Positions 52,962 through 60,687 of a stretch of DNA of 64,000 nt are shown here, piece after piece (within the stretch, counting starts at the first letter, position 1; each line of letters starts with the position of its first letter). Under the pieces are notes generated by a model. It saw only the letters and a program-made list of their open reading frames with translations. It was not told the origin of the DNA and searched no databases. Location: assembly GCA_038230375.1 (NCBI GenBank), contig JBBRNJ010000023.1, positions 32,001-96,000 on the forward strand, given 5' to 3'. Source of the DNA: Polyangiales bacterium (GTDB lineage Bacteria > Myxococcota_A > Polyangia > Polyangiales > Polyangiaceae). The position numbers and the translations under genes are program-made.

Positions 52962-54337
52962 ACAGCCTGCATTCAAAGCGTGTCTCGGTCGCCTTCGTCG
53001 CTGCCGCCCTCATCGTGTCACCCGCCATCGCGCGCGCAGACGGTCCGCACGCGCCGGATCCGCCGCAGCGCGCCGCGCCCGAGAAGAAGCCGCTTCCCAG
53101 CTACGACGGCCGTCCACCCGCCGAGCCGGATGCAGGCGACACGGCGCTGTGGGCTCCGCGGATCCTCCTCTATCCGTTCTACTTGTTCTCGGAGTACGTG
53201 GTGCGCAGACCCCTGGGTGCGATCGTCACCTGGGCGGAGCGCAAGGACGTGCCCCGCATCCTCTACGACTTCTTCGCGTTCGGGCCCGACCACAAGGCGG
53301 GCTTCGCGCCGATCGTCCTCGTCGACTTCGGCTTCGCGCCCAGCGCCGGCCTCTACTTCTTCTGGGACGACGCCTTCGTCAAAGGCCAGGACTTCAGCAT
53401 CCACGGCTCCACGGGCGGAGAGGACTGGGTCGCCGGCAGCTTCCGCGATCGCTATCGCTGGCACAACGAGGCGGTCACCTTCCGTGCCCTCGGCACCGCA
53501 CGCCCGGACAACGCGTTCTTCGGAACAGGAGCGCGCGCGGTCGAAGCGGATCGCACGCGCTATGGCGCCACCAAGCTCGAGACGTCGCTCCTCTACGAGA
53601 ACCACATGTCGAAGAAGAGCGTGTTCGAGGCGGGCTTTGCCGTGCGCTCACTGAGTTTCCGCGACTCGCACTTCAGCAACGACCCCAGCGTGTCGGAGGG
53701 CGTCGCGACCGGACGCTTCATCCAGCCGGAGGCTTTCGGCAGTGGGTACGTCGGTGGCGAGAGTCGTTCACGCCTCGCGCTCGACTCGCGCGGTGACGGA
53801 CCCAAAGCGGCGCGCTCCGGCATTCACATGGAGATGGAAGGTGCCGTGGGCGAGGCTCCCGGAACGCAGCACTATGGGTGGGCGCGCTACGACACCATCG
53901 TGCGCGGCATGGTCGACGTCAACGGGCACGATCGCGTCGTCGCGCTCTCCGCGGGCGCGTTCTTCGCGGACCCCCTCGGCGAGGCGAAGGTCCCCTTCAC
54001 GGAGCTCGTGTCGCTCGGCGGTCTGGGCCCTATGCCAGGGTTCGTCCCCGGTCGGCTCTACGGACGCAGCGCGTTCGTCGCCACCATGAAATACGAGTGG
54101 CCCATCTGGATGTGGCTCCACGGCACGGTTCAGGCCTCCGTTGGCAATGTCTTCGGGCCGCACCTCGATGACGCAAGGCCCTCGCTGATGCGTGCCTCGG
54201 GCGCGATCGGCGTCGCGCAGATCGGCGACACGGACAATCCGCTTCAGGTGCTCGTGGGCGCCGGCTCGGAGACGTTCGCGCATGGCGGTCAGCTCGACTC
54301 CATCCGCATCCTCGTCGGCACGACCCACGGCTACTGA
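52958..54337 (+). CDS. BamA/TamA (Omp85 surface-antigen)-like outer-membrane barrel
   Basis: Signal peptide ARA|D; PF.EL.SLGG...PGF..GR..G......YEWPI; terminal Tyr; ATGA overlap with the NTT stop. Confidence 0.75.
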   Translation: MNSLHSKRVSVAFVAAALIVSPAIARADGPHAPDPPQRAAPEKKPLPSYDGRPPAEPDAGDTALWAPRILLYPFYLFSEYVVRRPLGAIVTWAERKDVPRILYDFFAFGPDHKAGFAPIVLVDFGFAPSAGLYFFWDDAFVKGQDFSIHGSTGGEDWVAGSFRDRYRWHNEAVTFRALGTARPDNAFFGTGARAVEADRTRYGATKLETSLLYENHMSKKSVFEAGFAVRSLSFRDSHFSNDPSVSEGVATGRFIQPEAFGSGYVGGESRSRLALDSRGDGPKAARSGIHMEMEGAVGEAPGTQHYGWARYDTIVRGMVDVNGHDRVVALSAGAFFADPLGEAKVPFTELVSLGGLGPMPGFVPGRLYGRSAFVATMKYEWPIWMWLHGTVQASVGNVFGPHLDDARPSLMRASGAIGVAQIGDTDNPLQVLVGAGSETFAHGGQLDSIRILVGTTHGY

Positions 54338-54351
54338 GCTACGAACGCAGA

Positions 54352-55917
54352 CTACTCGGAGAAGAGTGAGAGCTGCTTCGTGGCAGGCTTCGCCGCTCCC
54401 GCCTTCGGGGTGCCCTCCGGAGCAAGCGCGACCAGGTGCGCGAGCGTGTCCGCCTCTTCCGGGCGCTTGTCCTCGCGGTAGCGAACGACGCGCGCGAAGC
54501 GGAGCGCCACGTGTCCGGGGTACCTGGGGCTGCGCTGCACGTCGCCGACCTCGATCTCCACGACGGTCACGGGGCGCACGTGGACCACGTGCTCTTCACG
54601 GTGGGTCTCGATCTCCTGGAAGTGGCGCGTCTGCCAGGCGAGCAGCTCGTCCGTCATGCCCTTGAACGTCTTGCCCACCATCACGAACGTGCCGTCGTCC
54701 CCACGCGCGCCAAGGTGGATATTGGAGAGGAGGCCCTTCCTGCGACCGCTGCCCCACTCGACCGCAAGGACCACGAGGTCGAACGTGTGCACCTTCTTGA
54801 CCTTGCGCCACGCCTCGCCCCGCGCGCCCAGGCGATACGCGGAGTCCAGCTTCTTCACCATCACACCTTCGTGGCCGCGCGACTCCGCGTCGTTGAGAAA
54901 TGCGCGCGCAAGGTCAAGGCTCTCCGTCTCGATCGCTGGCATCTGCGCGCCGAGCACCACGGACGCTCGCAGCGCCGCGAGCCGCGAAGAGAGCGGGTGC
55001 TCCACCAGATCCTCGCCGTCCTTGTGCAGGCAGTCGAACGCGAAGAGGTGCAGCCGGTAGCCCGCGGGCATCGCGCCTCCGGCGAGCGCAGAGAACGTCT
55101 CCTGGAACGGACGCGCGCGGAGCTCGTCGTTCACGAGCGCGATCTCACCGTCCAGGACAAGCGCCTTCACCGAGTGATGAACGGCGCCGGCCAGTGCCGG
55201 ACGCGCGCCTTCCGTGATGTCGTTGCCCTGGCGCGAGAACACGCGCGTGGTCTCGCCCGCCACGTGGACCTGCGCACGTACGCCGTCCACCTTCCACTCC
55301 ACGCGCACAGTCCCGCCATCCGCCATGGCCTCCGTGAGACCCTCGGACGGGGAGGCGAGCATGGGAGCAAGCGGCGTGAGCAGAGAAATCTCCGTCGGCA
55401 ACGGATGCTCCCGAGCGGCGCCCAGCACAGCCGCGGCGACCCGTGCGGTGGTTCCCATGACCGTGGCAGCGCGCCGCACCTCCGCCTCCTCGCGACCCGA
55501 CGCGAGTGTCAGCGCGGACAGCAGCACCCCGGCGAGGCCGCCCTGGCGAAGCGTGTACGTGAGCGCGCCGACCAGGAAGCGCCGCTCCTCGTGCGTGAGC
55601 CGCTCGAAGAGAGCACGGGCATGCGCCTGCGCGGCGCGCTTTCCGGAGGATTTGATCTCGGCGAGCGCGCGCCCCACTTCCAGGATCGTCATCGTGGGCT
55701 CGCTCGCGGCACGTAGCTTGGTCAGCGCATAGAGCGCGGCGTGGCCCAGACCGATGGCGCCGCACGGTGGTTCGGCGGTGAGCCAGCCGGCGGCCGCGGC
55801 GACCTCGTCCTTCTCCAGCGACACGAGGAGATCGCGGAGGAGCGCGGCCTTCTCGGTCTTCTTCCGCGTGGCCGCGACCTGTAGCGAGGTCTCTGCGAGC
55901 GCGTGGAACAGCGCCAT
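54352..55917 (-). CDS. ATP-dependent DNA ligase
   Basis: PMLA, EWKVDGVR (KxDG), LDGE, FDCL, EGVMVK, W.KVK, ALRFAR, R.DK. Confidence 0.95.
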   Translation of the reverse strand: MALFHALAETSLQVAATRKKTEKAALLRDLLVSLEKDEVAAAAGWLTAEPPCGAIGLGHAALYALTKLRAASEPTMTILEVGRALAEIKSSGKRAAQAHARALFERLTHEERRFLVGALTYTLRQGGLAGVLLSALTLASGREEAEVRRAATVMGTTARVAAAVLGAAREHPLPTEISLLTPLAPMLASPSEGLTEAMADGGTVRVEWKVDGVRAQVHVAGETTRVFSRQGNDITEGARPALAGAVHHSVKALVLDGEIALVNDELRARPFQETFSALAGGAMPAGYRLHLFAFDCLHKDGEDLVEHPLSSRLAALRASVVLGAQMPAIETESLDLARAFLNDAESRGHEGVMVKKLDSAYRLGARGEAWRKVKKVHTFDLVVLAVEWGSGRRKGLLSNIHLGARGDDGTFVMVGKTFKGMTDELLAWQTRHFQEIETHREEHVVHVRPVTVVEIEVGDVQRSPRYPGHVALRFARVVRYREDKRPEEADTLAHLVALAPEGTPKAGAAKPATKQLSLFSE

Positions 55918-56089
55918 GCTCCCGAGCTTAGTCCGATGCGCACACTCGCGCACTGGCAAAGGCTTGCTCGGTGCCCTGGGGTGTTCTTTGCGCGGCATCC
56001 GCGTGGACGCGACCCCGTGACGTTGCGCGCGCGCGACACCACCTACGCCACGCCCGCAAAAACAACGCGATCGGTGCGTGCGGGCCACC

Positions 56090-56104
56090 TGGAACGACAG
56101 ATGC
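56090..56104 (+). promoter_or_regulatory. Putative sigma54 promoter
   Basis: TGGAAC-GACAG-ATGC, 13 nt before ATG 56118. Confidence 0.4.
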
Positions 56105-56117
56105 ACCATGCACCTTC

Positions 56118-57275
56118 ATGCACCGCACGAAGCTCGTCGCCGCGTTCGCTGTCTCCTCGCTACTCGCCGCATGCGGAGGCACTTCGTCGGAGGACGTGAC
56201 CGTGAGCGTCTCGGAGAGCATCGCGCCGCGCATCGTGGGCGGAACCAAGTCGACCTCCACGCAGGACTCCGTCGTGTTCCTGAACATGGGCGCGGGGTAC
56301 TGCACGGGCACGCTCATCGCGCCGAACCTGGTGCTCACCGCGCGGCACTGCGTGCAGACCATGGACGAGAGCTCGGCGTGCGGCACGTTCGTCAAGGACA
56401 ACAAGCCCTCCTCCATGCAGGTGGTGCTCGGCTATGGCGCGATGACCGGCTCCGCCGTCGCCACGGGCGCAAAATTCTTCCACGAGACGAACACCAGCGG
56501 CTGCAGCTACGACATCGCGCTCGTGCAGCTGGACAAGGACATCCCCGGCGCGAAGATCGCTCCGGTCAGCTTCACGCCAGTCAAGAAGGGCGACAGCAGC
56601 CTGGTCGCTGTTGGCTACGGCTCCATCAACGACAGCAACGGCGATCCTGCAGGCCGCCTGCAGCGCAGCGGGATCAGCGTCCAGGCCGCCGCCGCGACCT
56701 CGTACTCGTACACGACCAAGGCAGGGAAGAAGATCGCCGTTGATGTGTCGGCCGGCGAGTTCGCGACCGGTGAGTCCACGTGCTTCGGCGACAGCGGCGG
56801 ACCGCTCTTCGACGCAGCTGGGAACATCGTCGGCGTCACCTCGCGCGGGATCGACCAGTACTGCATCGATCGCCCGTCGATCTGGAGCGACACGGCGTCG
56901 CACCAGAAGCTCATCATGGACGCCGCGAAGAGCGCCGGTCACCCGCTCGACGGCAGCTCCTCGGGCGGCACCGACGCGGACGCGGGCAGCGACGACCAGG
57001 GCTCCGACCCATCCAGCTCCGGTGGCTCCGGTGGCTCGGGCTCCGGCAACGGCGGCGGAAGCAACAACGGCGGCAGCAACAGCAACAGCGCGCAGGCCAC
57101 GCCGTCTTCCGGTTCGCCGCCGGCCGACACCACGAGCCCCAACGCGTCGAGCTCCGGCGGCTGCAACCACGGCGGCGTCGGCGCGAACGGCACGGACGAT
57201 CTCGCGCTCGTGCTCGGCGTCGTCTTCGGCCTTGCGCTGCTCCGCGCCCGCAAGAAGACCAACATTGTTTCCTAG
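56118..57275 (+). CDS. S1 (trypsin-fold) serine protease with lipobox and MYXO-CTERM-like tail
   Basis: LAAC; R|IVGG; LTARHC, DIAL, GDSGGP triad; GGC + TM helix + RARKK. Confidence 0.92.
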   Translation: MHRTKLVAAFAVSSLLAACGGTSSEDVTVSVSESIAPRIVGGTKSTSTQDSVVFLNMGAGYCTGTLIAPNLVLTARHCVQTMDESSACGTFVKDNKPSSMQVVLGYGAMTGSAVATGAKFFHETNTSGCSYDIALVQLDKDIPGAKIAPVSFTPVKKGDSSLVAVGYGSINDSNGDPAGRLQRSGISVQAAAATSYSYTTKAGKKIAVDVSAGEFATGESTCFGDSGGPLFDAAGNIVGVTSRGIDQYCIDRPSIWSDTASHQKLIMDAAKSAGHPLDGSSSGGTDADAGSDDQGSDPSSSGGSGGSGSGNGGGSNNGGSNSNSAQATPSSGSPPADTTSPNASSSGGCNHGGVGANGTDDLALVLGVVFGLALLRARKKTNIVS

Positions 57276-57355
57276 GCGTTTCGCGCGCGGATAGCGCTGC
57301 GCCTTGGTTCACGACGGCACACAGTCCGACCAAGGTCGACTAAAGTCGTGAGTCC

Positions 57356-60300
57356 ATGACCATCCAGGTCGCTCTCCGTCACCGCACATCGTACGCCTAC
57401 GATCGCCTGGTCTCGCTCGGCCCGCAGGTCGTGCGCCTCCGGCCCGCGCCGCACTGTCGCTCGCGCGTGCTCTCGTACTCGCTCAAGGTGGAGCCCAGAG
57501 AGCACTTCATCAACTGGCAGCAGGACCCGCAGGCCAACTACCTCGCGCGCCTGGTCTTCCCGAAGCAGACGCAGAAGCTCTGCATCGACGTCGAGCTGCT
57601 CGTGGAGATGACGGCGCAGAACCCGTTCGACTTCGTCCTCGAGCCGGAGGCGATGGACTTCCCGTTCCAGTACGAAGCAAATCTCGCGGTCGATCTCGCG
57701 CCGTACTTCGTCACCGGACCCGACACGCCGAAGCTTGCGGCGCTGGTCGCATCTGTCTCCAGGGAGAAGCGCCGCACGATCGATTTTCTCGTCGAGCAGA
57801 ACCAGAAGGTCCGAGAGCTCATTCGCTACCTCGTGCGGCTGGAGCCTGGGCTGCAGACACCGGAGGAGACGCTCACGCTCGCGTCGGGATCGTGCCGCGA
57901 CTCGGGCTGGCTGCTCGTGCAGGTGTTCCGTCGGCTGGGGCTCGCAGCGCGCTTCGTGTCCGGCTACCTCGTGCAGTTGAAGCCTGACGAGAAGCCGCTC
58001 GAAGGACCGCCGGGACCCGAGAAGGACTTCATCGATCTGCACGCATGGTGCGAGGTGTACTTGCCGGGCGCAGGCTGGGTCGGGCTGGATCCCACGTCCG
58101 GTCTGCTCGCAGGGGAGGGGCACCTGCCTCTGGCGTGCACCGCGGAGCCGTCTGCCGCAGCGCCCGTCACCGGTCTGATCGACGAGTGCAAGACCACGTT
58201 CGTCCATGAGATGTCCGTCGAGCGCGTGCTGGAAGCGCCGCGCGTCACGCTGCCTTACGCCGAAGACGAGTGGAAGAAGATCGACGCGCTCGGTGCGCGC
58301 ATCGATGGTGATCTCACGGCGGCCGACGTGCGCCTGACCATGGGCGGCGAGCCCACGTTCGTGGCCGCGGGAGATCTGGATGCCGCGGAGTGGAACACGG
58401 AGGCGCTCGGCCCGACGAAGCGAAGGCTCGCGACAGAGCTCTTCTGGAAGCTTCGCGATCGCTACGCGCCCTTCGGCCTCGTGCACTTCGGCCAGGGCAA
58501 GTGGTACCCCGGTGAGCAGCTCCCGCGCTGGGCGCTCTCCCTGTTCTGGCGGAACGACGGCGAGGCGTTCTTCAAAGACCCATCGCTCTTCGCGGACGAG
58601 GCGACGCCCGCCACCGACCGCGCCCCTGTCACCGACGACGACGCGGGTCGCTTCCTGCGCGGTGTCGCCGAGCACCTGGGCATCGAGTCGCGCTGGGTGC
58701 TGCCGGCGTGGGAAGACGTCTACTACTACCTGTGGCGCGAGCATCGCCTCCCGGTGAACGTGGACGTGATGGACGCGCGCCTCGACGATCCGTTCGAGCG
58801 CGAGCGCCTGCGCCGCGTGTTCTCCGCGGGCCTCGGCAAGGTCACCGGCTATGCGCTCCCCATCAAGCGCGAGCGCGCCGGCAGTCGCTGGCTCTCTGGG
58901 CCGTGGCACCTTCGCGGCGAGCGCTGTCACCTCACTCCGGGAGACTCTCCCATGGGCTACCGGCTGCCGCTCGACGGACAGCCCTGGGCGAAGAGCAGCG
59001 ACAAAGAGGCTTATTTTCCGCCCGATCCGGCGCAACGCGTCGTTCCTCTTGCCCGGGAGCACGCAGCGCATCCGGTCGTGCATGCACCAGACACCACCCG
59101 CGCACCGGCGCCCTTCGAGTCGGCCTCGGAGGTCATTCGCACGGCGATGTGCGTGGAGCCGCGCAACGGCGTCCTCTATGTCTTCATGCCACCCGTGGCC
59201 ACGCTGGATGACTACGTGGAGCTCGTGGCCGCCGTCGCGGACACCGCGCGCGCGCAGAAGCAGAAGGTCCTCTTCGAGGGCTATCCGCCGCCGAAGGACG
59301 CGCGCCTGGGCCACCTGTCCGTCACGCCCGACCCCGGCGTCATCGAGGTGAACATCCATCCTTCGTCGCGCTGGGACGAGCTGGTCTCGAAGACCACACA
59401 TCTCTACGAGTCCGCACGCGAGACGCGTCTCGCCACCGACAAGTTCATGGTGGATGGGCGCCATGTCGGTACCGGCGGTGGCAACCACTTCGTGCTCGGC
59501 GGTAAAACGCCCGACGACTCTCCGTTCTTGCGACGCCCCGATCTGCTGGCGAGCTTCCTTGTGACCTTCCAGCGCCACCCATCGCTCTCGTACATGTTCT
59601 CCGGTCTCTTCATCGGACCCACGTCGCAGTCACCGCGCGTCGGCGAGGCGCGGAACGACGCGCTGCACGAGCTCGAGATCGCGCTGCGCGAGGTCCAGAA
59701 GCACCGGACGACCAAGGGTGAGCCGCCGCCGTGGCTCGTGGATCGCATCTTCCGCGACGTGCTCTGCGATGCGACCGGCAACACGCACCGCACCGAGATG
59801 TGCATCGACAAGCTCTTCTCTCCCGACGGCCCCACGGGTCGCCTCGGCCTGCTCGAGATGCGCAGCTTCGAGATGCCGCCACACGCGCGCATGAGCCTCG
59901 TGCAGCAGCTCCTTCTCCGTGCGCTCACGATGAAGCTGTGGAAGGAGCCGCTCTCGACCGAGCGCCTGCCGCGCTTCTCCACGGAGCTCCACGACCGCTT
60001 CATGCTCCCGCATTTCGTCTGGCAGGACATGGGCGACGTGGTGCAGGAGCTCCGCGACGCAGGCTACCCGCTCGAGCTCGCCTGGTTTCAACCGCATTTC
60101 GAGTTCCGCTTTCCGAAGCTCGGTGACCTTGCAGCAGCCGGCATGAACCTGGAGCTCCGCACGGCGCTCGAGCCGTGGAATGTCACGGGCGAAGACGCTG
60201 CAGGTGGCGGCACCGCGCGCTATGTGGACTCGTCGCTCGAGCGGCTGGAGGTCAAGGTCACCGGGCTCTCGTCCGAGCGCTACGTGATCACGTGCAACGG

Positions 60301-60658
60301 CCACGCGCTTCCGCTCCAGCCCACCGGTCGCAACGAGGAGTATGTGGCCGGCGTTCGCTTCCGCGCGTGGCAGCCGCCGCGCTGCCTGCACCCGACCATA
60401 GGTGTGCATGCTCCGCTCACCTTCGACGTGGTCGACACCTGGATGCGCCGCAGCCTGGGTGGGTGCCAGTACCACGTGAGCCATCCGGGCGGGCGCGCCC
60501 ACGACACGCGGCCGATCAACGCGCTCGAGGCCGAGGGCAGAAGGCGCGCGAGGTTCTTCCGGTTGGGTCACACTCAGGGCACGATGGACGTGCCGGCGAT
60601 CGATCCGTCCACTCGTTCCAAGGACTTTCCCTACACGCTGGATCTGCGGATCACCTGA
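57356..60658 (+). CDS. Transglutaminase + DUF2126 (putative amidoligase) protein
   Basis: H.T.Y.YDR...RLRP; GSCRD, DLHAW.EVY, GLDPT; TMGGEPTFV, PDPGVIEVN, GTGGGNH, HR.E.CIDKL. Confidence 0.93.
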   Translation: MTIQVALRHRTSYAYDRLVSLGPQVVRLRPAPHCRSRVLSYSLKVEPREHFINWQQDPQANYLARLVFPKQTQKLCIDVELLVEMTAQNPFDFVLEPEAMDFPFQYEANLAVDLAPYFVTGPDTPKLAALVASVSREKRRTIDFLVEQNQKVRELIRYLVRLEPGLQTPEETLTLASGSCRDSGWLLVQVFRRLGLAARFVSGYLVQLKPDEKPLEGPPGPEKDFIDLHAWCEVYLPGAGWVGLDPTSGLLAGEGHLPLACTAEPSAAAPVTGLIDECKTTFVHEMSVERVLEAPRVTLPYAEDEWKKIDALGARIDGDLTAADVRLTMGGEPTFVAAGDLDAAEWNTEALGPTKRRLATELFWKLRDRYAPFGLVHFGQGKWYPGEQLPRWALSLFWRNDGEAFFKDPSLFADEATPATDRAPVTDDDAGRFLRGVAEHLGIESRWVLPAWEDVYYYLWREHRLPVNVDVMDARLDDPFERERLRRVFSAGLGKVTGYALPIKRERAGSRWLSGPWHLRGERCHLTPGDSPMGYRLPLDGQPWAKSSDKEAYFPPDPAQRVVPLAREHAAHPVVHAPDTTRAPAPFESASEVIRTAMCVEPRNGVLYVFMPPVATLDDYVELVAAVADTARAQKQKVLFEGYPPPKDARLGHLSVTPDPGVIEVNIHPSSRWDELVSKTTHLYESARETRLATDKFMVDGRHVGTGGGNHFVLGGKTPDDSPFLRRPDLLASFLVTFQRHPSLSYMFSGLFIGPTSQSPRVGEARNDALHELEIALREVQKHRTTKGEPPPWLVDRIFRDVLCDATGNTHRTEMCIDKLFSPDGPTGRLGLLEMRSFEMPPHARMSLVQQLLLRALTMKLWKEPLSTERLPRFSTELHDRFMLPHFVWQDMGDVVQELRDAGYPLELAWFQPHFEFRFPKLGDLAAAGMNLELRTALEPWNVTGEDAAGGGTARYVDSSLERLEVKVTGLSSERYVITCNGHALPLQPTGRNEEYVAGVRFRAWQPPRCLHPTIGVHAPLTFDVVDTWMRRSLGGCQYHVSHPGGRAHDTRPINALEAEGRRRARFFRLGHTQGTMDVPAIDPSTRSKDFPYTLDLRIT

Positions 60659-60687
60659 CGCGACGAACTACCTGACGCCACCCGACC

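Noticed and set aside
54352..55917. DNA ligase as a sign of a prophage or NHEJ operon
   Set aside because: No Ku, integrase or phage genes nearby; it looks like a stand-alone chromosomal ligase.
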